A stretch of 64,000 nucleotides of DNA, taken from positions 1 through 64,000 of the forward strand of contig CAXXSM010000089.1 of NCBI GenBank assembly GCA_963663405.2, given 5' to 3'. Below the pieces are notes generated by a model, which saw nothing but the letters and a program-made list of their open reading frames with translations, was not told the DNA's origin and did no database searches. Made by a program: the position numbers and the translations under genes. The stretch is from a bacterium. Its GTDB lineage: Bacteria > Hinthialibacterota > Hinthialibacteria > Hinthialibacterales > Hinthialibacteraceae. This document shows positions 50,400-60,491 of the stretch, one piece after another. Numbering within the stretch: position 1 is the stretch's first letter; every line of letters starts with the position of its first letter.

Positions 50400-51035
50400 T
50401 TAGAAATACGTATCATACAATCCGATTTCTTCGAAAAACCGGTTACCGCGGAGGGGCATGGCTCTCCAGATGTCGCCGTTCGAGACGACGCCGTTTGTTG
50501 GGACATAGGGTTTGGCGTCCCGGTTGTCGAGCCAGTCGCCATGATCCCCGTCCGGTCCCGCTGCAAACATAAGCCAATGCGTGCCCAGTTCGGAATTGGC
50601 GCAGTCCCGGTCTTCGTATCCGTAGAATAGGCCTTTCATGAATGGATCCATTGGAATGGAACTGATGTAATTGATCGGTGTGGTCAGGAGCCCCCAGATT
50701 CGTCCATTAAAGTGGTTATCGCCAAGACTTCCACAATTGACACCCGCCTCACTGCATGTTTTCCCGAAGAAACTAAATCCTCCAGGTAATTCACATTTTT
50801 CGGGCGGGCCGTGGCTGGTGTCGTTTCCATCGATCAGCCAAAGGCCCGTGTCCAAGTGACGAATATTTGCTTGATCGTATAGCATCTTGATATCCGCGAA
50901 TGTGCGAGCGGCCTTGGCCCGGATCTGGGCGTTCAGGAAATTTGGGACGGCGATCGCCGCTAAAATGCCAATGATCGCCACGACGATTAATAGCTCAATC
51001 AACGTGAAACCAGAATGTTTTTTCTCTACTTTCAT
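50400..51035 (-). CDS. Prepilin-type protein (GspG-like paralog)
   Basis: G|FTLIELLIVVAIIGILAAIAVPNFLNAQ; LTTPINYI; AAGPD; YVPTNG..SNGDI. Confidence 0.9.
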   Translation of the reverse strand: MKVEKKHSGFTLIELLIVVAIIGILAAIAVPNFLNAQIRAKAARTFADIKMLYDQANIRHLDTGLWLIDGNDTSHGPPEKCELPGGFSFFGKTCSEAGVNCGSLGDNHFNGRIWGLLTTPINYISSIPMDPFMKGLFYGYEDRDCANSELGTHWLMFAAGPDGDHGDWLDNRDAKPYVPTNGVVSNGDIWRAMPLRGNRFFEEIGLYDTYF

Positions 51036-51193
51036 GAGAAACCTCCTCTATTTTTTTGTTGATAACAATAAAAAAAGATGTCTTGAATAACCGGATGTAT
51101 ATAATTATATCTAAGACGAGTCAAGGATACTGTACAACGCGATTGTAAAAAAGGAACTAGGAGAATTACTTCAGGTGAATCTCAAAAAACAAG

Positions 51194-51227
51194 CATGATT
51201 TGAGACCACAAAAACATAAATGAAAAT
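51194..51227 (+). repeat. Partial copy of the ~90-bp ATGAAAAT repeat
   Basis: CATGATTTGAGACCACAAAAACATAAATGAAAAT. Confidence 0.55.
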
Positions 51228-51308
51228 AGATCGACATTAATACCGGTAGTTATAGTATTGAATTTTTGCCATTTCGCTAGGCAGGGATTATTTTATTGTT
51301 TTTTTTTA

Positions 51309-51331
51309 GCGGGCGGGACGCCCGCGCTCCA
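51309..51331 (-). repeat. REP-like family C
   Basis: TGGAGCGCGGGCGTCCCGCCCGC directly after a pilin stop codon. Confidence 0.7.
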
Positions 51332-51332
51332 T

Positions 51333-51935
51333 TTAATAGGTCAGCGCGCTTGCCCAGGAGGGGACTTTCATGCCACCGCCGCGGTAGATATCGCCCCAGC
51401 TTAGGAGGCCATTCGAAGGTTGATAGACAAGGCCGGGTGTGGGGAAGTTGTTGGCGTTATAGTCGTCTCCCGTATCCGGTCCGGAACTTTCCAGGAGCCA
51501 GACGTTGTTCGGGTATTGAACAACATATTCCCGCTCTGAAAGGGCGAACCAAGTTCCCAGTTCGAACATCGGATCCAGTTCGCGCCCGTCCGATAATGTG
51601 GCGCCCGACGCGTGTTTTGGTTTGAAGGGATTATAAAAGGCGCTGGCGCTGGTAATGTAAGGGACCGGAGTAGTCAAATCGCGGAAACCTCCATAATTGG
51701 TGCTTGGATCGCTGGTATCCCAGGCCCAGCGCGTGTAGGTGTTGTGATCGAGGTAGTACGCTTCCAGCGCAGTGCTGACGCTGCGCATGTTACTGACGGC
51801 TTGGGCCACTTTCGCACGGATCTGGGCGTTCAGAAAATTCGGGACGGCGATCGCGGCCAGAATTCCAATAATCGCGACCACGATCAACAACTCGATCAGC
51901 GTAAAACCACGCCGGCGCCTTATTCCCATTCGCAT
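51333..51935 (-). CDS. Prepilin-type protein (GspG-like paralog)
   Basis: Same N-terminus; LTTPVPYI; SSGPD; YQPSNG..SWGDI. Confidence 0.9.
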   Translation of the reverse strand: MRMGIRRRRGFTLIELLIVVAIIGILAAIAVPNFLNAQIRAKVAQAVSNMRSVSTALEAYYLDHNTYTRWAWDTSDPSTNYGGFRDLTTPVPYITSASAFYNPFKPKHASGATLSDGRELDPMFELGTWFALSEREYVVQYPNNVWLLESSGPDTGDDYNANNFPTPGLVYQPSNGLLSWGDIYRGGGMKVPSWASALTY

Positions 51936-51989
51936 CCGTTTTCCTCCTATCGCCATAAAAAAACAGTCCAATTGCCTATAAATCGGTTT

Positions 51990-52586
51990 TTAGGGGCCTT
52001 TCCGCATGATATCGCCATCTGAGACAACGCCGTTGGACGCGTCGTAAATCACAAAATTATCAAACCGTTTCCCTTCGTTGTCGAAATCCAGATCGGGACC
52101 GAGGCTGAAGGTATAATACTCATTTGGAGCGCCTTTGTTAACTCGAAAACTGTCTTTTGTGAAATAAACATAGGGATACGGCGGACGGGATTGAAAATGG
52201 CGGATCATGACCGCCGTCTGCTGATGGGTCTCTTTTTTGTGAAATAGATCGTCTGGAATCTCGGTGATATAGGCGGTAGGCGTTGTCAACACACTTTGAA
52301 TTCTTCGTTGATCGAAATAATCATCCGACAAATCAGGATAATCGTTCCCATCAAGGGGATAGGTGTTATTATCGAGGTGATACGCTTCGATGACGGTGGA
52401 CAGAGTTCTCATTTCCGCCAACGCCGCTGTGACTTTCGCTTTCACCTGAGCATGCTGAAAATTGGGCAAAGCGATTGACGCCAGAATACTGATGATCGCG
52501 ACAACGACCAACAATTCAATCAGTGTAAATGAAGACTGAGATCGAATCCATCTCCATTTATTCGTTCGATCCTTTTTTTTCTTCAT
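51990..52586 (-). CDS. Prepilin-type protein (GspG-like paralog, Ser at -1)
   Basis: S|FTLIELLVVVAIISILASIALPNF; LTTPTAYI; SLGPD; YDASNG..SDGDI. Confidence 0.85.
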   Translation of the reverse strand: MKKKKDRTNKWRWIRSQSSFTLIELLVVVAIISILASIALPNFQHAQVKAKVTAALAEMRTLSTVIEAYHLDNNTYPLDGNDYPDLSDDYFDQRRIQSVLTTPTAYITEIPDDLFHKKETHQQTAVMIRHFQSRPPYPYVYFTKDSFRVNKGAPNEYYTFSLGPDLDFDNEGKRFDNFVIYDASNGVVSDGDIMRKGP

Positions 52587-52710
52587 GATAAAACTCCATT
52601 GGAAAGTCCAAGGCTCTCCTACCTTATAATAATATCTAAAAAGAAGCGGATTGAAAACAAAATCCATTTATTTTGCAAAAACATACATTAATCTAACGAA
52701 AATCTTGTTC

Positions 52711-53493
52711 CTAAAATCGGTTTACAGGCCGGGTGGATGAGATCGGCTCGATGTCGTCTTTGTAACGCACCGCGACTAACGTCAATCCACGGGCCGCGAG
52801 CGTTTCACCGGCGTTATCCCGGTTTTTAGAATCGAGAATCTCTTTCACCGCTTCCGGTTCGATTTTCCCCCAGCCCACCCATAACAGCGTCCCGGCGATG
52901 ATCCGCACTTGATGGCGAAGAAAAGCGTTTCCTCTTACGCGCAGGCGCAGCAGGGGTGGTTCCTCCACCAGGGATAATTCGTCGATCGTGCGCACGGGGT
53001 GATTGGCGTCGCAGTGGATGTTTCGAAAAGCGGAAAAGTCATGTTCGCCGATGAGACACTGGGCCGCGCGGCGCATATTTTCGACATTTAATTTCGCGCG
53101 AATCCAATACGTTCTATCCCGGTAGAGGGCGGTGGGCGCGATATCATTATAATAGGTATAGCGGTATTCACGTTCCACGGCGTCCCAGCGGGCCCGCCAG
53201 TTCAAGGGCATATCCATCACGTGATAGACAACAATGTCATCTGGGAGCAATGAATTGAGACCGCCAAGTATATGAATGGGCTCTATTTTGGTATCGGAAA
53301 AAAAGTGCGCGACGTGTTGTTCGGCGTGAACGCCCGCGTCCGTACGGCCGGAGGAATAGAGAACAATGGGATGACGTATCATTGTTTCCACGGCGTTTTT
53401 GACGGCGGCTTCAATCGTCGGCTGTTGGGGTTGGTATTGCCATCCGCAATAGTTTTGCCCATTATATTCGAGGTCAAGACGAATGTTTCTCAT
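52711..53493 (-). CDS. truA: tRNA pseudouridine(38-40) synthase
   Basis: GWQ, SGRTDAGVHA, GEHDFSAF, FLRHQVR. Confidence 0.95.
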   Translation of the reverse strand: MRNIRLDLEYNGQNYCGWQYQPQQPTIEAAVKNAVETMIRHPIVLYSSGRTDAGVHAEQHVAHFFSDTKIEPIHILGGLNSLLPDDIVVYHVMDMPLNWRARWDAVEREYRYTYYNDIAPTALYRDRTYWIRAKLNVENMRRAAQCLIGEHDFSAFRNIHCDANHPVRTIDELSLVEEPPLLRLRVRGNAFLRHQVRIIAGTLLWVGWGKIEPEAVKEILDSKNRDNAGETLAARGLTLVAVRYKDDIEPISSTRPVNRF

Positions 53494-53596
53494 AGTGGGA
53501 AGATTGGGTCATATAAATAGGTCCGGTTCGGGTTCGTGATTTCGTAACGCGAAAGTATGATAAACCGTTGCTATGAATACAACCGTTTTTCTTTAG

Positions 53597-53772
53597 AACT
53601 ATCATGATTGAGATCACAACTGCAAATGAGTCACGGAAGAATTTGTGAATGAGATCATTCTGGAGACTCATTTTCATAAGAACTATCATGATTTGAGATC
53701 ACTACATGTAAATGAAAATGAGTCGCGGCAACAAATTCGAACGAGAAAGTCTTAGGAACTCATTTTCATAAG
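53597..53772 (+). repeat. Two tandem copies of the ~90-bp ATGAAAAT repeat
   Basis: Units 53597-53680 and 53681-53772, each AACTATCATGATT(T)GAGATCAC...ACTCATTTTCATAAG. Confidence 0.85.
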
Positions 53773-53797
53773 AATGACAGGCAGGAAAAATAATTCA

Positions 53798-56700
53798 ATG
53801 TGTAAGCGTCTTTTAATTCTCATACTGCTGTTCCCGCTGTTGATTTGCGCCGGGCCCGTTTTTGGAAGCCAAGTGGAGGCGGCGCAACCGTATTCACAGG
53901 CTCCCGTGGGATCGAAATTGGTTCCACCGGATCAAAATACGGCGATTTATATGCCCGACAAGGAACAATATACGTTCACCTATCAGGGGAAAGACAGCCA
54001 TATTCAATACGTCATAAGCGCCAGGGATCCCCTGATCCGGCGGGGATTGATCAGCCTGCGGGTAATTGTCGATAAAACAAAGCCTCTGTTTCCGTTGCGT
54101 GAAACCGGGCTTTATATCCGGTCGGCGACAGGAGAATTGATCGATCCGGGCGTGATCGCCCGAAGTGGGCAAAGCAGCCTGGTGAGTCATGAATTGAAGG
54201 GCTCTCACGCGCATTTTTCCTTTCAGGACATCTGGCTGGGAAAACGGCTGCAAAAACAATACGATATTTTCATTCAAGGAGAAACGCTGGTTTTCCATGT
54301 TGTTTCGAATACGGTCGCTGGAGCGACAACGGGTTATATCAGCTTTAATTTCGACCAATCCCGCAGCACGCCGTCGCCAAAAATACTGAACCTGCCTACC
54401 TCCCCCTATCCGGTCGTGGGATTAGAAGATGGGATCTTCATGTCCACGTACGCTGATCCCTTTTTAAGCAGTCTTGGACGCTATGATATTAGTGAAATGG
54501 TGGAACACGATCGATGCGTTCATGCGGCCAATACTCCCGCATGGCTGGTCGAAGACGCCAGTGGAACCTATCCCCCTCTTGATGTGACCGCGTACCTGAC
54601 TATCAGCAAACGATTGATCAATGTGGCGCCTTCCTCTCCACCTCAAAACGATCCGTATGCGAAGTCGATACGGTCCCAACCTCTTTTCGATCCCGGCCAA
54701 ATTCCTTTGGCCCACCGCCCTTACGAATCCTTGAAGATCACACGAGGATGGGAAGCGCAGGAAACCGGATCCGTGGAATTAAAAGGATTGTTCTCGCTTA
54801 AAAACGGCCAGACGGCTGTTTGCAATGTGCGCCTCTTAGAAAACGAAACCGGGGAAGAACACGTTCTTTTTTCTCAGATCCTCGATCGAACGACAAAAAC
54901 AAAAACGGGAATCGAAGGAACGTTTCCGCTCCAACAAGGAGACCAACTTCTTTTCGATGTCAACGCTCCCGCTGTGATGGATGGGGGCGAGGTGTTGTTC
55001 CACGTCATTATCGACGGCGAAGAATACCGGTATGACTCAATTGAAGATTTTACCAACGAGCAGGGCGCGTATGGCTGGTTTTATGAACAACAGAAAGGAG
55101 AGGAGTACACCCTCTTCGTCTGGAATCCCGAACGCGGCCGGTGGGAAAGCCCAAACACACGATCATATCAAACCGCGTCCCAAATGGTCTGCCGCGCGGG
55201 GCGGATGGGGAACGCGTTTCAATCGGCGGAACTCTTTTTCGATGAGCTGCGCGCGATGGGGATCGGCCCCTTGACTCTATTCTTGAAGGATTGGAGCCGT
55301 CACGCCCGTCTAACGGTTCCTCCCTCCAACGATGAGATGGAACGGTACTGGGGATCGATCGAATCGTTGAAGACAGTAACGAAACGGGAACAAACGCAGG
55401 GGAACTTGATCGCGCAGAACATATCGTTCGATCCGGAGCGGTATGAAATTGTAAAACAGGCGCCGGCGAATCCCATTCTATGGACGACCATGACGGCGCC
55501 GCCAACCTATACCGCGCAGAGCCGCATCCTTTCTCATATCACGAAAGAAGAAATCGCTTCGGCCCGGAACAAGATGAATTTCAACGCGCTGGTTCTAGAG
55601 GATTTTCCTATTCTTGAACCAGGATCTCCCATGTTTATTCTGACAGATAAAAAAACACCGGATGAATGGAGTTCTTCTTCAGCGCTGCGTCAAGCGGCCC
55701 GGTTTCTCGATTCGTTGAAGAGTGAAGTGAATGGTCCGGTTTTGTTATGGGGCAAAGCGGGGAAACGGCGTTACGACACGTTGTTAGCGGGTTTTGTTAC
55801 CGGCTTGATTGCGCCGATCGACCGGGGCGCCAACTTCAGTGAGACGATCGATGAAGAAATCAAACTGGCGCGAACCACCCAAACCCGCGCCGGATTTGGG
55901 ACCTATGGAGAATTTTTTCTGAAAGCCAAGGACGCGCGGGTTGATCTTCGCATGAATCCTTTCGACTACTATCTGACGTCCACAGTCTCGTTCGCGCGCG
56001 TTCCCTATCTATCGCTGGCGATTCAATTTCCATCGATGAGCGACCGCGATATCCGCAAACATCTTCTCGAAACGTATTGCCTGCTGCAACCGCCATCTCT
56101 TGAATATCTCGACGATGGGAACGCTGTGCGGAACATTATCTACTATTCGCTTGCAGGCAAACAATACAGCGCAGAATCTATGTTATTGGACCCAAATTCC
56201 GTGGAAACACCCCGCGTGAAAATCCAATATGCGAACGGTTTGGAGATATACGCCAATCAATGCGCCATACCCTGGGGGATCAATCACCCAGCGGTTCCTA
56301 ATATCGATATCGAAAAAGATGGATTTCTCGCGACCAATGAAAAGACAGGACTGCTTAGCGTTATTGGTCAGAAAGGCGCGCGACCATTTACCGCGGCGCG
56401 AACGAAGGATTCCTTCTTCTTACACAGCCGCGGCGCCGTCTTGATGGGAATCCCCCCCCTTAGAGACGGATGGGATGACGCGAATGTGGGAATCTACGAT
56501 CGGCGGAGAACAGAACTACGCCTGCGTTGGAGTAACCGAAGTTCTCTGGCTGGAAGATTTATCCCCTGTCGTGCGATCCAATGAACGCTTCGACTGCGTA
56601 ATTCATTGGACCACGCCGCGAACCGTGGAAATATGGATCCTCAAAACGGATCGTCCTCGTTCCATGATTGAATTTTTCACACTGCCTCAAGAATGGCTTA

Positions 56701-56864
56701 ATGAAGAGAAAGGCTCCATCTCAATTACGCAAAGTGATGAGCAGAATAGAGAACTGAAAGAAGACGCCTATTGGTCCCGTGTGCAGGATGGAGAGAAAAT
56801 GGGGATTCGTATTGCGGATATCAACGGCGGCGCAATCTATACAATTGAATATAAGCCGATTTGA
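53798..56864 (+). CDS. Large secreted hypothetical protein (frameshift in a C-tract near 56455)
   Basis: 936-aa ORF joins the 129-aa ORF if one C is removed (GIPPLETDGMTRMW); signal peptide. Confidence 0.7.
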
Positions 56865-57013
56865 TTTATACAATTCTATACGCGGCCTTCTATCGTTTCT
56901 TCTTTTTTAATCCTTTTCCACCGCTTGGGGGGCGTCTCAGCCAACTATTCTTGAACAGCGCCCACTTTTGCTTTGGCAAGTCCGAAAATTCATAAAAAAT
57001 TCCCTGTCAGGGA

Positions 57014-57042
57014 TTGATTGCGCGTAACCTACAAGTTACACT
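57014..57042 (+). promoter_or_regulatory. TA promoter with operator palindrome
   Basis: TTGATT-N17-TACACT; GTAAC-N6-GTTAC between the boxes. Confidence 0.55.
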
Positions 57043-57051
57043 ACAAGCATT

Positions 57052-57381
57052 ATGAAGAGATACGAAATAGCCGTTTACACAACTGAGGAAGGAGAAGTCC
57101 CTTTCCATAAATGGCTAAACGGCCTGAAAGATGAAGTGGCGAAAACAAAAATTGTTGCCCGGCTGGACCGGGCCAGTTTTGGCCTCTTTGGTGACAGTAA
57201 ACCAATTAAAGGAGTGAAAGGACTCTTTGAAATGCGGGAACATTACGGTTCTGGTTATCGCATTTTCTATTGTATTATTGAAAACAAAATTGTGTTGCTG
57301 TTAGCCGGTTCCATCAAAAGTGATCAGAAAAAAGCCATAGCTAAAGCAAAGTCGTATCTCGCAGACTATGAAAAGAGTTAG
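57052..57381 (+). CDS. RelE/HigB-like addiction module toxin
   Basis: PFHKWLNGLKD, GLFGD.K, EMREHYGSGYRIFY, LLLAG..KSDQ. Confidence 0.88.
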   Translation: MKRYEIAVYTTEEGEVPFHKWLNGLKDEVAKTKIVARLDRASFGLFGDSKPIKGVKGLFEMREHYGSGYRIFYCIIENKIVLLLAGSIKSDQKKAIAKAKSYLADYEKS

Positions 57382-57385
57382 CGCT

Positions 57386-57697
57386 ATGAGTAGAAAAGCA
57401 AGTGTACCTTTTGATTTTACAATTCGTGACGAATTGCTGAAAGATCCTAAAAATGCATCGGTATATCTTGAGGAATGCCTTGCTGACGGTAATTTGGAAC
57501 TCTTCCAAGAATCTCTCAAACATGTAGCGAAAGCACAAGGCGGTATGTCTGCTCTCGCAGCAGAAACAAATCTTACCAGAGAAGCCCTTTATCGCTCCTT
57601 GTCCAAAAAAGGCAATCCAAAAATGGACACCATAACCAAAGTTCTTAATGCCTTGGGTATGCGAATATCCATTGTTCCGACAAACGCGCGTACGTAA
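57386..57697 (+). CDS. HTH addiction module antidote (HigA-like)
   Basis: VAKAQGGMSALA..TNLTREALYRSLSKKGNP..DT..KVL.ALG. Confidence 0.88.
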   Translation: MSRKASVPFDFTIRDELLKDPKNASVYLEECLADGNLELFQESLKHVAKAQGGMSALAAETNLTREALYRSLSKKGNPKMDTITKVLNALGMRISIVPTNART

Positions 57698-57793
57698 GGA
57701 CATTGACAACTACCCGTTCATTAACGACATTATTGAAGTGATAGATCAATAATGGATGAACAACCTTTTTCCTGCATTTTTCACAAGTTGGTT

Positions 57794-57896
57794 CCCAGGG
57801 TTAGAAACCCTGGGCTATTTTCTTTTGTCCCTTAACGGCTCCGGCGCAAGCGCCGGTTGGACATTTAATACTAGCCCTGACATTCAAGTCAGGGCG
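57794..57896. repeat. Palindrome cluster (CCCAGGGTT..AACCCTGGGCTA / TAGCCCTGAC..GTCAGGGC)
   Basis: Three hairpins; a related hairpin sits at 61819-61840. Confidence 0.55.
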
Positions 57897-58021
57897 AACA
57901 ATGTTTAGCAATTATCCTTAAAAGGAAAATTTCAAAATGAGTTTTTTTTATTATTTTCCAACGCTTAAACTTAATTTCCAGTCAGTGGTACTCTAATGCG
58001 TACAATTTGAATCGATTCTAA

Positions 58022-59437
58022 GTGAAGAATGAGCCGATGAATATTTATACTAGCGTAATATCCGTTCTGTTTCATTTTATCCGGGCGTGGCGGTGGCCGA
58101 TTTTGTTTGGGGCCGTGATTGTGATGGCGGTAGTGGTTCGTTTTCCCTATTTACCCAACGGACACATCGATGAAGTGCATACCATCGGACGGGCGTTAAA
58201 GTTCATTTACACCGGTGATTTAAATCCCCACATGTTCCAACATCCCACCGGTACGATGTACATCAGTTTCGGTGTCAATATTTTGGCGCTGGCCTCCATG
58301 AGCCGGGATGTGGGAGGCCGGCCCGGTGTCAGCGGCGCGCCTCCGCTCAATCTCATTCAAAAAGAATATCCCAATCCCGTTACGGTATCCGCCTTCGATG
58401 GGCCGGGATCCAAGTGGTGGGATCTGTTCCGGTACCGGGTGAGGCTGGTTTTTTTGATGTTTGTACCGATGCAGATATGCCTGCTATGGTATATCGGGAA
58501 ACGGTTGGATCTTCTGTCGCCCGCGTTGGCGGCGGGGATTTTTTTGGCGCTCTGTCCGGCGAATATCCAAGATTCTGTGTACGTCTCGGTTAACAATACA
58601 ACAGCCTTTTTCTGTCTGCTGACCGCCGCATTCGCCGCATATTTCACTTGCCGTCCACCCGCTGACCGTATCTGGCAGTGGCTCTTCCGGATGGGGGTGA
58701 TGTCTTTGATTTGTGGATTGGCGGTGGCGTGCAAATACAACGCGGGCACATTTTTATTGATTCCGATGGTGTTCGGCGTGATGACGCTGCGCTACCTCCA
58801 GAACGGGAAACAATTCATTCCGGAAAAATGCGCCGCCGCCTTTATCGTGATCCTGCTCTCGATGTCGGTTGGCTTCACGATCCTTTGTCCTTATTGGTAT
58901 GTGGAACTGAACCGGTTTATCCAGGAAGTGTTATTCCAAGTCTGGTACTTTAAAGTGGGACACAAAGATTACAACACATTTATTCCGGGATTAGATTTGA
59001 GCAACATCAGTCAATCGATGCTATTCATCAACCTGCGTTGTCTGGCGGATCAATATTCGTGGACCGCGATTCTTCTGACAGTGGTTTCGATTGTGTATCT
59101 CGCGTGGATGGGATTTTTCAAGGATCCTCGATATGAGAAGATCCTGCGTGTGCTGATCCCCGTTTTTGTTGCATCAGTGGGATTCTTCATTTTAATGACG
59201 TATCAGGCCGTCTTCTTCGCGCGGAATTTCACGATCATGTGGGGATGTTGGTTTTTATGCTGCGCGGCCAGTTGGTGGTTCGCGGCGAAAACCTTTCTTG
59301 AACGGCGTAAAGTGGAAAATCTGACTTTCTATGCGAATCTGATTCTGTTCGCGATCACGGCGATCTGCCTGTTTAAGGCGCTGTGGCTGGATGTTTGGCT
59401 TGAGCCGAATCGGGAGTGGTGGAGGGTTTTGGATTGA
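58022..59437 (+). CDS. GT-C fold membrane glycosyltransferase (PMT/ArnT-like)
   Basis: HIDE loop, LNPHMFQHP, GLAVACKY, multiple TMs. Confidence 0.75.
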   Translation: MKNEPMNIYTSVISVLFHFIRAWRWPILFGAVIVMAVVVRFPYLPNGHIDEVHTIGRALKFIYTGDLNPHMFQHPTGTMYISFGVNILALASMSRDVGGRPGVSGAPPLNLIQKEYPNPVTVSAFDGPGSKWWDLFRYRVRLVFLMFVPMQICLLWYIGKRLDLLSPALAAGIFLALCPANIQDSVYVSVNNTTAFFCLLTAAFAAYFTCRPPADRIWQWLFRMGVMSLICGLAVACKYNAGTFLLIPMVFGVMTLRYLQNGKQFIPEKCAAAFIVILLSMSVGFTILCPYWYVELNRFIQEVLFQVWYFKVGHKDYNTFIPGLDLSNISQSMLFINLRCLADQYSWTAILLTVVSIVYLAWMGFFKDPRYEKILRVLIPVFVASVGFFILMTYQAVFFARNFTIMWGCWFLCCAASWWFAAKTFLERRKVENLTFYANLILFAITAICLFKALWLDVWLEPNREWWRVLD

Positions 59438-59442
59438 GGTTT

Positions 59443-59483
59443 TTGTCTGAATCAGGATGGGCAGGATATTCAGGATAAGAATT
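59443..59483 (+). repeat. Half copy of the TTGTCTGAA MITE-like element
   Basis: TTGTCTGAATCAGGATGGGCAGGATATTCAGGAT. Confidence 0.7.
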
Positions 59484-59545
59484 ATTTTTGCTGTATATGA
59501 TATTGAATGACTTTATCATTGAATTTGTGATTCGTTTTTTTATTC

Positions 59546-59568
59546 ATGGGCGGGACGCCCGCGTTTCA
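59546..59568 (-). repeat. REP-like family C
   Basis: Plus strand reads ATGGGCGGGACGCCCGCGTTTCA. Confidence 0.6.
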
Positions 59569-59600
59569 TTTCGGCGGTGGATGTATTTTTTTGAGATCAT

Positions 59601-59630
59601 TTGACGAATCCTAGGGAGAAACGTTATAAT
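59601..59630 (+). promoter_or_regulatory. Sigma70-type promoter
   Basis: TTGACG-N18-TATAAT upstream of the TPR gene. Confidence 0.55.
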
Positions 59631-59693
59631 TCTAGGTAAGACGCGTATCGATTTGAACTGGTGTGAATGAACCGCTTGATCCAGAGGGGAGGA

Positions 59694-60491
59694 ATGATGG
59701 ACCGATTCACAGGGAGTTCTCATTGGCGCAAAATCGCCTGCCTATCGATTCTGATTTGTGGTATCACCTTACTGACATATTTTCCCGTACGGGCGGATTT
59801 GATCCATACCCCCAAGGCGGATGTAGAAGGCCGGGTCTTGGAAGATTCCGCGCAAGTGCTCGTTGTGGAGACCGTCGCGGGTGAGTATGTCGTCGTCCGC
59901 AAGAACCAGATCCTCTCTGTCACAAAAGAACCGCCGGAGGATTTTTACTACCGAAAAGCGAAGTTCTATGAAGCCAAAGGAGAAGACGACCGGGCGATGA
60001 TCTATTATATCGAAGCGATCAACCGCAATCCCAATCACGCCGGGTCTCGTGAAAGCCTGGAAGCGATCCAATATAAAAAGAAAAAAGCGCAATGGGACGA
60101 AGGGCTTCAACAAGCCCAACTGCACATCGCCAATAAAGAATTTCGAAAAGCCATCGATACCTACCAGGAGATACTCGATCTCCAACCGGATGAAGAGACC
60201 GCGCGAAATATCATGGACCGGATGAGCAAAGCCTACGCGGGTTTGGCGTTTCTGTTTTACGATCATTGTTATGACGAAGGCGCCATCCGTGAATTGGCGA
60301 GAGCGGAAGAGCTCAATCCAGAAAACGCGGAAATCTATTACGTCCTCGCGAAGATTCACGAAAGCGCCCAGCAATACGATCTCGCCCGTCTGGAGTACGA
60401 ACGGGCGATCGAGCTCAATCCCGGCCATACCTCCGCTCGTGATAAACTGATGTCCCTCATCGAGCGAACGAGGGCGCGCGTGATTCAATGA
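59694..60491 (+). CDS. Secreted TPR-repeat protein
   Basis: A...Y..A....P TPR pattern repeated. Confidence 0.85.
   Translation: MMDRFTGSSHWRKIACLSILICGITLLTYFPVRADLIHTPKADVEGRVLEDSAQVLVVETVAGEYVVVRKNQILSVTKEPPEDFYYRKAKFYEAKGEDDRAMIYYIEAINRNPNHAGSRESLEAIQYKKKKAQWDEGLQQAQLHIANKEFRKAIDTYQEILDLQPDEETARNIMDRMSKAYAGLAFLFYDHCYDEGAIRELARAEELNPENAEIYYVLAKIHESAQQYDLARLEYERAIELNPGHTSARDKLMSLIERTRARVIQ

Noticed and set aside
50400-52586. Pilin silent-cassette antigenic variation locus
   Set aside because: Each copy is full length with its own RBS, and constant regions differ at many synonymous sites.
53597-53772. CRISPR array
   Set aside because: Only two long units, inner segments are homologous rather than unique spacers, and there are no cas genes.
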